Shown: positions 38,362-47,275 of the stretch, one piece after another
How the letters are laid out: every line of letters starts with the position of its first letter
How positions within the stretch are numbered: position 1 is the stretch's first letter
DNA from: an archaeon
GTDB lineage: Archaea; Nanobdellota; Nanobdellia; Pacearchaeales; GW2011-AR1
Assembly: GCA_018696115.1 (NCBI GenBank)
Contig: JABHQH010000009.1
Span: 1 to 52,066 of the forward strand
DNA length: 52,066 bases
Direction of reading: 5' to 3'
Program-made: the position numbers and the translations under genes
The notes under the pieces: model-generated
Seen by the model: the letters and a program-made list of their open reading frames with translations, nothing else
Databases searched by the model: none
Told to the model about the DNA's origin: nothing

Positions 38362-38823
38362 TTACTTGGGCGGATACAGAATCATAAGAATAACCAGGAA
38401 GAAGCAGACGGATATCACAACAAGCGAAGGAACGCTCGGAATGTAATATCCTTCGAGTCTTTCAATCTCCTGGAAACTGAAGACGCCACGCCCTTTTTCT
38501 CCACAATCCACATGGTACCTGTAACCTTTTTCTGCGCCACCAAAATCCCAATCCCGAATAACGCCTATCTTCCCTTCGGCAGCGGTATCCCGTTGGACGA
38601 TCTTGATTTGATCATTGATGTGATACGCCGGGCCCCACCACCAGCAGAGGAAGTAAACTCCTGCAAGGAGGAGAATCAGGACCGCCCACCCCCGGGGAGA
38701 TATCTCATTCAACTTTTTGGCAACCGCCCTTAGGGGACGGTAAACGACCAGCAAGGCAATGAACCCCCCAATCGTGGCCAACACCTGCCAATGATCACCG
38801 GCTATTTTCAAAAGTTCATCCAT
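38362..38823 (-). CDS. 3-TM membrane protein, paralog family member A
   Basis: Shares NWQVLAT, WWxGPxYxIND, GxIGVIRDW, Y.Y.V.CG and GPYIP.(V/I)P with the three downstream paralogs. AAGGAAG SD upstream. Confidence 0.7.
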   Translation of the reverse strand: MDELLKIAGDHWQVLATIGGFIALLVVYRPLRAVAKKLNEISPRGWAVLILLLAGVYFLCWWWGPAYHINDQIKIVQRDTAAEGKIGVIRDWDFGGAEKGYRYHVDCGEKGRGVFSFQEIERLEGYYIPSVPSLVVISVCFFLVILMILYPPK

Positions 38824-38921
38824 ACGTCACTTCCTTTCATTCTGTCAATTCTCTTTCTTCTAGCTCATGCACACACTGCACGAGTAATGCAAGTAAAAAA
38901 TACTCCCCCTGTCAAGGGCAA

Positions 38922-39377
38922 TTAATCCAACTTATCCCGGACGATCACCAGGAAGCTTCCCAGAATAAATATGATGAAGGATGGAATTCCGGGGATATAG
39001 GGGCCACCCAAACTCCTTATCTCCGCGAACAGAAACTTATGCTTTGCCCCCCCACACTCCACAAAGTAGGAGTAGTGGGCCATTTCAAGTTTCCAATCTC
39101 TGACCACTCCAATTTTCCCGTTGAGCTCGCTTTGCAGTCGCGTAATCTCAACTTCATCATTGGCGCCATAGACTGGGCCCAACCACCAGCTGAAACAATA
39201 AACTATCACTGCAAGGAAAACTATCCCGAAGATCGTCCACATCAGCCACTTTCCGGCTACGCGCCCCCGATCAATAGCTTTTCTTACCAAACGATAGCCC
39301 ACAACCAGAACAGCGCAGGTAGCCAACGTGGCCAGCACTTGCCAATTGTCACAGGCCATTTTCCAAAGATCATTCAT
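38922..39377 (-). CDS. 3-TM membrane protein, paralog B
   Basis: Same conserved motifs. Start set at the Met aligned with the paralogs (MNDLW). GAAAGGAAATGAAGTT lies upstream. Confidence 0.7.
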   Translation of the reverse strand: MNDLWKMACDNWQVLATLATCAVLVVGYRLVRKAIDRGRVAGKWLMWTIFGIVFLAVIVYCFSWWLGPVYGANDEVEITRLQSELNGKIGVVRDWKLEMAHYSYFVECGGAKHKFLFAEIRSLGGPYIPGIPSFIIFILGSFLVIVRDKLD

Positions 39378-39410
39378 AACTTCATTTCCTTTCATTTCGA
39401 TTATCACAAC

Positions 39411-39464
39411 CTCCCAAGGGAGAGCTAGTCATCCGGCCCACTGCCAAACAATCTAGCTCCCCCT
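39411..39464 (-). promoter_or_regulatory. conserved ~54-nt intergenic element, copy 1 (imperfect 11-bp inverted repeat GGGGGAGCTAG...CTAGCTCTCCC with ~30-nt loop)
   Basis: About 85% identical to the copy at 40030-40083. Lies between the paralog C stop and the paralog B start. Confidence 0.5.
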
Positions 39465-39502
39465 TACAATCGACCTCTTAATCGAGAGAACGACAACTAC
39501 GC

Positions 39503-39997
39503 CTAGTCACTCGCGCCTTCTTTCAGCTTCAGGGAATCCATATTCGCGGCGAGAGCTATCAGGCTTCCGATTATCATCAGGATAAGCGGAAAAACACTCG
39601 GGATATAGCAGGGGCCTTCAAACCTTTTGAGTTCCTGGAAGTGGAATTTTCCCAGTTCTTTCGCCCCATAATCCACATGATAGATGAATCCCCCTGGACG
39701 AGGACTTTCCCAATCACGGATTATTCCGACCTTTCCTTCCTCGGGGGTATCTCGTTGGACGATCGTGACCTTTTCGTTGATACCATACACCGGTCCAAGG
39801 CCCCATGCGAGGAAGTAAATCACTGCCGAGACAATTACCATCCATACGAGGGTCTTCAACACCCAACCCGTAGTGAGATTCACATACCTGGAAGCAACCT
39901 TCTTTCCCAAGCGATAAATCACGAAGAGGGAGGCGAAGACAGCCAATGTGGCAAATACCTGCCAGTTGTCGCTCACCATGTTAACAAACTCTTTCAT
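39503..39997 (-). CDS. 3-TM membrane protein, paralog C
   Basis: Same family motifs. GAAAGGAACGAGATATG at the start. Confidence 0.7.
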   Translation of the reverse strand: MKEFVNMVSDNWQVFATLAVFASLFVIYRLGKKVASRYVNLTTGWVLKTLVWMVIVSAVIYFLAWGLGPVYGINEKVTIVQRDTPEEGKVGIIRDWESPRPGGFIYHVDYGAKELGKFHFQELKRFEGPCYIPSVFPLILMIIGSLIALAANMDSLKLKEGASD

Positions 39998-40029
39998 ATC
40001 TCGTTCCTTTCGTTCAATTCATCAAAACC

Positions 40030-40083
40030 CCCAAAAGGGAGAGCTAGTCATCAAGCCCAATGCCCAACAATCTAGCCCTCCCA
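40030..40083 (-). promoter_or_regulatory. conserved intergenic element, copy 2
   Basis: GGGAGAGCTAGTCATCAAGCCCAATGCCCAACAATCTAGCCCTCCC. Confidence 0.5.
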
Positions 40084-40098
40084 AGGGTAACGCCATCG

Positions 40099-40587
40099 TC
40101 AATATCCGAAGTTCGAAGAGGATTTATTCAGGACGGGTAATCGCAAGTAGATCACCACACAAACCCCGACGGCCATTAAAACAAGGATTGGAATGCCCGG
40201 GATATGGGGCCCGTTTAACCTCTTCAGGTGCTCAAAACGGAGGCCGTAGGGTTCATCTCCCTTACAATAAACAGAATACACATAGCCATTGCCCGGAGCG
40301 AGACAATTCCAGGATCTGATTATCCCAGTTTCACCATTTACGTCGCTTCGGGGATAAACTATCTCGACTTCGTCGTTGATATGATACGCCGGACCCCACC
40401 ACCAGGTAAAGAAATAGATCCCGGCTACCACAACAACTGCCAACATGACCGTCTTCAGGAACCATCCACGTGGCAATCCCCGGTACTTGGAAACAACCCT
40501 CCTTACCACACGATAGCCCATCAGCAAGGCGACACATCCTGCCAGGGTGGCAAACACTTGCCAATGTCCAACAATAAACTCTTTCAT
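40099..40587 (-). CDS. 3-TM membrane protein, paralog D
   Basis: Same family motifs. GAAAGGAACGAGTTATG at the start. Confidence 0.7.
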   Translation of the reverse strand: MKEFIVGHWQVFATLAGCVALLMGYRVVRRVVSKYRGLPRGWFLKTVMLAVVVVAGIYFFTWWWGPAYHINDEVEIVYPRSDVNGETGIIRSWNCLAPGNGYVYSVYCKGDEPYGLRFEHLKRLNGPHIPGIPILVLMAVGVCVVIYLRLPVLNKSSSNFGY

Positions 40588-40678
40588 AACTCGTTCCTTT
40601 CATTATCTATCTTCATCCCATCTTGCCCGCACACTATGCACGAATAAAACAAGTAGGAAGTAAGTCTTCAGGCGGCGG

Positions 40679-41968
40679 TCAGGAAGGAGAGGCCAGTTTT
40701 ATCAGCTTGACCTTTATTTCATCCTTGCTATCCCACCCATATTCGGCCGCTTCCGCAAAGAGATCCAGCCACCATTCGAAGTCGCCGTCACCGAGTTCCA
40801 TCAACTTTCCAAGGAAGATTTCTCCGAGATTGTCAGATTCTCCATCTCCGAGCATCTTGTCGTAGGTCTCTTTCCAGAGATTGAAGTCGCTACACTCCAA
40901 CTCTCTGAATATTTCGATTATCCTATCCTCAGAAGGCGAGGAACCCTCTGCGTTTGTGAAGAACTCCCACCATTTGTCCGGGCCCCAATTCCTGGGTCGT
41001 TCTTCTATCTGGGTGAGGATCAGTCTTTGCCTGTCATGATCTCCATCAAACATCCCGAAGATAGCCTCCCAGTTCTCAAAGGATACCTCTTCTCTCCCTT
41101 CGAGTCTTTTAATGAGGGCATCACACATATTTTCCCAGCCATTATCGTTTGCTTCTTCCAGGAATCCTTTCAATGTCTCGAAATCTTCCTGGGGGAGTTC
41201 GGCCACATTTTCTTCGAGAGCATTGTCCGTAGTTTCATCATCGGCCACCCTATAGGCCTCCATGAGTTGCCCCATGGTGGTCACTCTCTTGACCAGTTCT
41301 TCACCGATCCTTTCCTCGTGCTGATTGTAGCAGTCCCCACGAAGGGTGCACAACTGTTCAAGGGAGGGATTGGAAGATAAGAGCAGATCGAGGAAAAGAT
41401 CTGCGACCATCTTCTTGATGCCCATCTCTTCCTTATCGGCCTCTCCAGATTCTGTATAGATGGTTTTTGCCTGATCGAAAGTTTGGATGGATCCGCCTAC
41501 ATTTTCGAGAGCGGTCTGTCTGAGGGGAGATCCAGCTTCAGCCACTTCAAGGACAGACTCCCAATCTTCCGGAGTCCTTGCCCTTCGTGAGATCTGCTCC
41601 AGGACTGAACTTTTGAGCGAGGCGTCTCCAGACCTTATGGCCGCATGGCAAAGCTTGATCCAGTTTCCGAATTCCGATCCCACACGTTGGAGCATCTGCG
41701 TTCCAGCGTGCCGGTGAAGCTCTGACAAATCTTCATTGCCTATCGAGAGTTCGAACAGTCTGAGGTTATTCTCGAATGTTGAAGCCAATCTGGCGGCTTC
41801 ACCAAGGGCGCGTTTCTTGAGGGGCTCTTCGGCCTCTCCACTGTAGTACACCTCGATCCACCGATCGAAATTCAGATCGGGGGGAGGCGCGTTATCTTGC
41901 ACATTCCAGATTGCAAGAGCTTTCATTACTCCGACCTGGGCGGCCAGAGATTCAAATGACATTTCCAT
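40679..41968 (-). CDS. all-alpha (HEAT/TPR-like?) acidic Trp-rich protein, hypothetical
   Basis: 429 aa. No TM helix, no nucleotide-binding motif. Confidence 0.45.
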   Translation of the reverse strand: MEMSFESLAAQVGVMKALAIWNVQDNAPPPDLNFDRWIEVYYSGEAEEPLKKRALGEAARLASTFENNLRLFELSIGNEDLSELHRHAGTQMLQRVGSEFGNWIKLCHAAIRSGDASLKSSVLEQISRRARTPEDWESVLEVAEAGSPLRQTALENVGGSIQTFDQAKTIYTESGEADKEEMGIKKMVADLFLDLLLSSNPSLEQLCTLRGDCYNQHEERIGEELVKRVTTMGQLMEAYRVADDETTDNALEENVAELPQEDFETLKGFLEEANDNGWENMCDALIKRLEGREEVSFENWEAIFGMFDGDHDRQRLILTQIEERPRNWGPDKWWEFFTNAEGSSPSEDRIIEIFRELECSDFNLWKETYDKMLGDGESDNLGEIFLGKLMELGDGDFEWWLDLFAEAAEYGWDSKDEIKVKLIKLASPS

Positions 41969-42035
41969 AAGGATTACCTTCTTTCGTATTATTCTACTTT
42001 TTCGATCTATCCCAACACGATGTCAGGACTCTGTT

Positions 42036-42551
42036 TTATCCGTCACTCCGACCTTCAATTTTCTCCAGCTTTTGGATGACTGCACGCCGGACTTCGCTTC
42101 CCTGGGGGGTTCCGAAATAGACATAGGTGGCCTCCCGTTCCCCTTCAGCTTGTTCGAAGTCTTGCCAGCACTGCGGGATCCATTTTTGGCGGATAGCCCT
42201 CCTTATATCTGAATCTTCCGGAGTGCAAAGATACAGGATCTTCAGTCCCAGTGCACTGTTGGCAGCAAGGCACCTGGACAAATGGATCCTTTCAATGCGA
42301 TTCACAAACTCCGGACTGACCTTCCCGCCGAGGATAACACGAAGGTAGAGCTCGAAAAGCTGTTCCTTGTTCTTCGCATTTTCCAAATGGCCGATAAAGG
42401 TCAGATCATCCATCTCTTGGAGATCCTGAACAAGGCGAATCTGGGAATTCATTAAAGCTTCCCTCGAAAAGCTTTCTTCCTTCACCGAACACCCCGGAGA
42501 CGTCAGGGATCCACAACAGACAACAACCAACAACCAACAAGGCAGTTTCAT
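42036..42551 (-). CDS. putative lipoprotein, hypothetical
   Basis: Start taken at MKLPCWLLVVVCCGSLTSPGC, a signal peptide with an L-x-x-C lipobox. The ORF could extend to 42620. Confidence 0.5.
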   Translation of the reverse strand: MKLPCWLLVVVCCGSLTSPGCSVKEESFSREALMNSQIRLVQDLQEMDDLTFIGHLENAKNKEQLFELYLRVILGGKVSPEFVNRIERIHLSRCLAANSALGLKILYLCTPEDSDIRRAIRQKWIPQCWQDFEQAEGEREATYVYFGTPQGSEVRRAVIQKLEKIEGRSDG

Positions 42552-42648
42552 AACAATTCTCCCTTCAGAGAACAAGGAACAGCGCCGGGCACCCCCCAAT
42601 AAAACATTACCCGGCCCCATTCAGGTTAGTGAAAAATCAGGCCATCAA

Positions 42649-43239
42649 TTATTCGGCATCGGCAGTCGGAATGTCGCTGAGATCGATCGGAGATCCGTCC
42701 GCTCCGCGGTAGGTCCTGAGGAGGATGTCCTCTTCGATGTGGCGTTCGTCGCCATTCGGAAGTTTGATTCGGATTACTCCTTCCTTATCGCGGATAGCGA
42801 GAACCACGTCTTTTTCGTCACGCTTCACGATCCCAGTATAGTCATCGACCATGCGACCAGCCGGCGAAAGATGATCATCCACGAAGTCAGTGTCGGCAGT
42901 GTACTGGTCACCGCACCCCTGCTCGCCTGCTGCTATAAGGATATCGTCCAGGTTATCTACCGTGGGCGGAGTCTCCATCATATCCAGAAGTGCCTCGGCG
43001 ATTTCGCCAGGAACTTCGTTGAGGATAACAACGCCTTTTTCACCGTCTGCGCCCTGCCAGGTTCCGTCGCCGTCACCGTCAGTTTCGTTGAGAACGAGAA
43101 TCACCGGACGGTCGTTATTCTGGCCATATCCGGAGACTTCCATATCCTGTTCGAATGCCACAACGACATCACTCGCGGGAACCTTGAAGATAAGCTTGCG
43201 GGTTGCGGAAACGATTTTAAGACCTTTATCAAAATTCAC
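42649..43239 (-). CDS. acidic Asp/Gly-rich protein, hypothetical
   Basis: 196 aa. DGDGDG stretch and possible Ca-binding loops. Confidence 0.4.
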   Translation of the reverse strand: MNFDKGLKIVSATRKLIFKVPASDVVVAFEQDMEVSGYGQNNDRPVILVLNETDGDGDGTWQGADGEKGVVILNEVPGEIAEALLDMMETPPTVDNLDDILIAAGEQGCGDQYTADTDFVDDHLSPAGRMVDDYTGIVKRDEKDVVLAIRDKEGVIRIKLPNGDERHIEEDILLRTYRGADGSPIDLSDIPTADAE

Positions 43240-43492
43240 AATATTCTCCTTTCTCCGTTTTGGGGAGAAAAAAAGTAAGGCCCTAACTCTTGTCAGAACC
43301 TAAAGATTCCAGCAACTTGCCAGGATCCTTTTAATGTAATGCCATGTTACGTCCCAAAAACTTATCTCCTAATCCTGAGGAGTGTTTCGAATGTGCTTCA
43401 CAAAACTCCAGATCGCAATCACTCCAGAAAAAGTGGCCCCCGAAGCGATTAAAATCCCTGCAATCTGCTGTGTCATTTCTACTCCTTTCTGG

Positions 43493-44596
43493 TCAGCTCT
43501 CCTTTGAGCCAAACCATTTACGATAGATTTCATCGTATTTACCGCTTTTCCGAATCTTCAACAAGGCGCGGTTAATCTCTTCTCGAAGATTGCTTCCTTC
43601 AGGTACGGCGAAGCCGTAGTATTGTTTGTCGAAAATCGGACCGACAACCCCCACTTCATCCGGGTGTTGCTGGGCGAAGAAAAGGACACTTGGGGAATCG
43701 AAGACAACCGCATCAACCTTCTCCTTAAGCAGGAGATCATACGATTCTTGGATAGAAGGTGTAGCAACCACCTTAGCTCCAAGGCCCTTAAGTGTCGTAA
43801 CACTTGTAGTGCCTTGTGCAGTGGCGACCGTCTTTCCTCTGAGATCTCCCGGATGGTTGATCACCGATTCAATGGCCTCGATTTCCCGGACCGTAAAAGC
43901 TGTGATGATCGGAGCAGAGACAAGGCCGACAATAACGCAGCCGTTGAGGAAGAGGGGGATGGTTAAGAGCCTTCCCCAAGTCTTCTTGGGATAGATATCT
44001 CCAAAACCTATGGTGGTCTTAATTGCCCAGACACACCAGCATGCATCGAAGAATCCTTTCCAATCGTCTGCGATTACGTCTGCACCCTGTTCAGCCCGCC
44101 ACAACAAGAATCCCCAAACGAAGAATCCAATGAAGAGGATTCCCAAAAGCCCTGCCATCTCCCAGTTGAACAGTCTTCGGAAAATAGACGAGAGGATCGA
44201 GGCCTTTTTCTTCTGACCTTTGACAACGATCCTCAATCCGGAATTCATATAGTGGTGTGAGAAGTCGAAATTCTCTTCCCGATCCGCGGTAATAAAGATC
44301 CCGGACACTGCCACATCAACCTTCCCTGCCTTAACATCCTGCAGAAGTTGGTCAAATTCCGAACCCTTGTACTGCTTGTACTCAATCTCCCAGTTGAGTT
44401 CTCCAGCAATCGCCTCAATTATTTCGATGTCTGATCCCGAAAGGCCAGACTTCGTTGAGGAACTTTCCATCACGCATGGGCGGAAGATTCCCGCACCAAT
44501 AGTGATTTTCTTTTTTTCCTGCGCTTGCACCGGGGAAACGACTGCCGCCAGAACAAGTACACCAATAACAATCAGAAAGGCGGTTTTTTGCTTCAC
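43493..44596 (-). CDS. GluR0-type ligand-gated potassium channel (prokaryotic ionotropic glutamate receptor homolog: SBP lobe1 - M1 - P-loop - M2 - SBP lobe2)
   Basis: Signal peptide, then a periplasmic-binding-protein family-3 lobe. Then TM helix, pore helix plus TTIGFGD selectivity-filter-like motif, and a second TM helix. The protein ends with the second SBP lobe (YGFAVPEGS). Confidence 0.7.
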   Translation of the reverse strand: MKQKTAFLIVIGVLVLAAVVSPVQAQEKKKITIGAGIFRPCVMESSSTKSGLSGSDIEIIEAIAGELNWEIEYKQYKGSEFDQLLQDVKAGKVDVAVSGIFITADREENFDFSHHYMNSGLRIVVKGQKKKASILSSIFRRLFNWEMAGLLGILFIGFFVWGFLLWRAEQGADVIADDWKGFFDACWCVWAIKTTIGFGDIYPKKTWGRLLTIPLFLNGCVIVGLVSAPIITAFTVREIEAIESVINHPGDLRGKTVATAQGTTSVTTLKGLGAKVVATPSIQESYDLLLKEKVDAVVFDSPSVLFFAQQHPDEVGVVGPIFDKQYYGFAVPEGSNLREEINRALLKIRKSGKYDEIYRKWFGSKES

Positions 44597-44883
44597 CTTG
44601 AGCTCCTTATATCGGAGGTTATTGAAATAGAAAAAACATCATTTCTTTTTTCGCTGTCTTCTCCCCCCTCCCGAAGATAAGCGTTCCATGAGCCTTCCCC
44701 AGATTTGTTCAGCTAAGCTCATCGCCTCGGCATCCTTTCTAGGATCGGCAAAAGCCTTACCTGCAAATCTTCTGGGCAAGTTCCATGTTTGTTGTTCTGA
44801 GCTATTCATTGCTCGTTCCTTTCTCCACGCCTAAGGTGGGGATTTATTGGTCAATCAACGTCTTGCGGACCGACTTGCAGGCA

Positions 44884-45384
44884 TTAGTCCACGTATTTAC
44901 CAACAATCTCCATGAACATGGATGTAACATAGTAACTTCTTCCATTGTACCCAAGGAAACCCCGATCCTTCAGGGTGAGGATAGTTCTCTCAGTAAATTC
45001 CTCACCCGCATCCTTGGCCTCAATGAGTTCTTCGAGGGAAAATGACACCCATCCATCTTCCTTGTTGTTTTTAAGGACCCAGATGATGTTCTCAACAGCA
45101 TCTTTCTCGCCCTGGTCTTTCCATGAAGGATCCCCGAGGGCATTATCTGCATTGACATCGCTCGGGAGGAACTTTTTGCTTTCTTCGATGACCTTCTTGC
45201 CGATAGAGGCCAAGTTCGTTCGGTTTACTCCCGATCGGAAGATTATTCCTGCATATTTCACAATTTCGGCGCTTTCGAAGACTTCGTCATCGGAGGTTAA
45301 CAAAGAAGCTTCGGCCAGGTATACTGCTCCTGCAGCTTCATTCAACAACCCCTCCTCATCGCCAGAGAGTTCTATTTTATGCAT
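44884..45384 (-). CDS. hypothetical protein
   Basis: 166-aa ORF, acidic. Confidence 0.4.
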   Translation of the reverse strand: MHKIELSGDEEGLLNEAAGAVYLAEASLLTSDDEVFESAEIVKYAGIIFRSGVNRTNLASIGKKVIEESKKFLPSDVNADNALGDPSWKDQGEKDAVENIIWVLKNNKEDGWVSFSLEELIEAKDAGEEFTERTILTLKDRGFLGYNGRSYYVTSMFMEIVGKYVD

Positions 45385-45506
45385 GTGCTTTTCTCCTTAC
45401 GTCTCGGTTATCTTGATATAGAAAAAGAACGAGGCCGGGCACCTCCCCAATAAATCACTACCCGGCCCCATTCAACCAATCCCTCAATATTCAACTATTG
45501 CTTTGT

Positions 45507-45764
45507 TCAGTCGTCGCAACCACCGCCGTCATCGCCGCCGCTATCGTAGTCGCTGTCATCGGAGCACGAGGATTCCGGTTCGGGCTCGGGATCCGGCGCA
45601 GGGGCAGGTTCCGGAGCGGGTTCGGGCATGGGTTCGGGCTCGGGAGCCTGCGGGGTTTCATCCAGTTCAACAGTCTGCTGACTGGTAACAGTTCCCGAAT
45701 CGGCTTCTCCGGATCCGGTGTCCTCAACGTTAGTTTTCACGGCCTGGTCATTCGTTTCAGTCAT
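45507..45764 (-). CDS. small acidic Pro/Glu-rich (PEPEP repeat) protein, hypothetical
   Basis: Start at MTETNDQ is preceded by AAAGGAAAGG. Three overlapping ORFs arise from the GC-rich repeat here. The minus-strand frame is chosen because of the SD and co-orientation with its neighbours. Confidence 0.35.
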   Translation of the reverse strand: MTETNDQAVKTNVEDTGSGEADSGTVTSQQTVELDETPQAPEPEPMPEPAPEPAPAPDPEPEPESSCSDDSDYDSGGDDGGGCDD

Positions 45765-45863
45765 TGTACCTTTCCTTTCTTGGTACTGTGTAAAAAACCT
45801 GCGTCGTAACATTACGACGACTATTGGTACTGCAATTCAACATTCAACTATCGAGATTCGAGT

Positions 45864-46439
45864 TTAGCCCTCTTTTACGAGGACGCGGATGTTTCTGTCA
45901 TCCACCGCATGGCCGAGGTGAGCTTCGTAGCTATTACTGTCCCATCGTTCGATTCCCATGCAGAGGGAATCGTTCGAATTGTAGTAGTCCCAGTAATAGT
46001 ACCTCTCACCGTTTCCAGAGCGGTCGCGGTAGAAGGTGGCATCATTATCGTCATCATAGCGGAATAACTCTGCACCATAACTGAAGTCTTCTTCTTCTTC
46101 CAGATCTCTTGAACCGATGCCAAGAGCTTGAAGCTTCAGAAGTTCCGTATAGATGTAGATCTCGATCGAGTCGTCCTCTTCCCACTCGAGGTAGCAGATC
46201 TTGCCACTTACGAGCGAAGTAAGGCGCAACTCGAACCACTCGGTGGTTCTGCCGTCCCATGTTTCGGAGTAGCGATTCATCTCATCGGCGTAATACACTT
46301 CGTTGCCGATCTGGATGTAACCACCGACCCTTACGTCTATAATCGATATCTGAATCTGATCGGCTTCCGACATGGGCACAGGCATTTGGCGGATGAGTCT
46401 TAGGCGTTCGGCCTGTGAGACTGTTTTGTATGTTCTCAT
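45864..46439 (-). CDS. hypothetical protein (beta-rich; possibly DUF4178-like)
   Basis: 191 aa. Aromatic/acidic-rich. No catalytic motif. Confidence 0.4.
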   Translation of the reverse strand: MRTYKTVSQAERLRLIRQMPVPMSEADQIQISIIDVRVGGYIQIGNEVYYADEMNRYSETWDGRTTEWFELRLTSLVSGKICYLEWEEDDSIEIYIYTELLKLQALGIGSRDLEEEEDFSYGAELFRYDDDNDATFYRDRSGNGERYYYWDYYNSNDSLCMGIERWDSNSYEAHLGHAVDDRNIRVLVKEG

Positions 46440-46451
46440 TTTGAAGCCTCC

Positions 46452-47114
46452 TTAGGCTTGTACTACCTGTTCAAGGAATTTGGCTTCTGTTGTAGCCGAA
46501 GCGAAGTCACCATCCCTAGCCTTGTCAGCTATGGAAACGATACGTTCCTGGAGAGCCGTGAGCGCCGAGACCGTTGCTTCCTTGGCTCGAATGCGCTCTT
46601 CCGCAGCCAGTTTTACAAAGAGGCGGATCTGCTTGGGGAGGTAATCCTCAATGACACGCCCGAGTGTGATGTTAACTTGGGATCCCAGGTTCGTCGGATC
46701 AACCTCTTCAACGATCCAGGTCAGCTGATCCACGATATCGTCAACCAGGGAGATGATAGCCTCATCCCGTAAGGGATCATTCATCACCTGAAGGCTAATC
46801 GCAGCCAGTTGATCAATCCGCTTTGCGGAGTTATCCGGAGGCAGATCTTCAGGGGCGGCGACAGCAGGAGGCCCAGTGCCCGATGGCGATTGAATCTTGA
46901 CTTTCGGGGTTTCGGGCTCCGGACTTTTCTTAACCACAGCTTCCTGGTCCTTCAAGTACTTCTTGTACGTCAGAAGGCCCCCAATGATCGCAGTCAGGAA
47001 AGCACTACCGATGGCGGTGCCCAAATAGAGGGATCCGAATATCAGCAATGCAATGAGCGTGAGTATATACACTCCCGCAAAGTTAATCAAACCGAGTTTT
47101 ACGTACTTGTTCAA
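46452..47114 (-). CDS. 2-TM membrane protein with Pro-rich linker and C-terminal helical domain (possibly XpaC/TelA-like)
   Basis: Two N-terminal TM helices, a PEPETPKV linker, and a ~120-aa helical domain. Confidence 0.4.
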   Translation of the reverse strand: MNKYVKLGLINFAGVYILTLIALLIFGSLYLGTAIGSAFLTAIIGGLLTYKKYLKDQEAVVKKSPEPETPKVKIQSPSGTGPPAVAAPEDLPPDNSAKRIDQLAAISLQVMNDPLRDEAIISLVDDIVDQLTWIVEEVDPTNLGSQVNITLGRVIEDYLPKQIRLFVKLAAEERIRAKEATVSALTALQERIVSIADKARDGDFASATTEAKFLEQVVQA

Positions 47115-47275
47115 AACAGTACTCCTTAACTAAAGTTCTTCGAAATATTCGGGGCAACCAGCCCAAGGCAAGCCTTCTCATCGAAAGGTAGAAACAAGCA
47201 CCTCCCAACAAGAAACAAGGACTGGCTGCCCCACACAACTACCTCAACATCAAATCATCCGGTGGCTAGGGGAAA

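Noticed and set aside
39039-40647. Four + strand ORFs of 123-144 aa opposite the paralog array
   Set aside because: Each mirrors one paralog on the other strand. The minus-strand frames carry conserved family motifs, TM helices and SD sites. The plus frames do not.
45491-45812. Three overlapping ORFs on both strands in a GC-rich PEPEP/RRR-coding repeat
   Set aside because: Only the minus-strand frame has an SD (AAAGGAAAGG) and matches the orientation of the block. The others are kept out as repeat-induced ORFs. Even the chosen one is low confidence.
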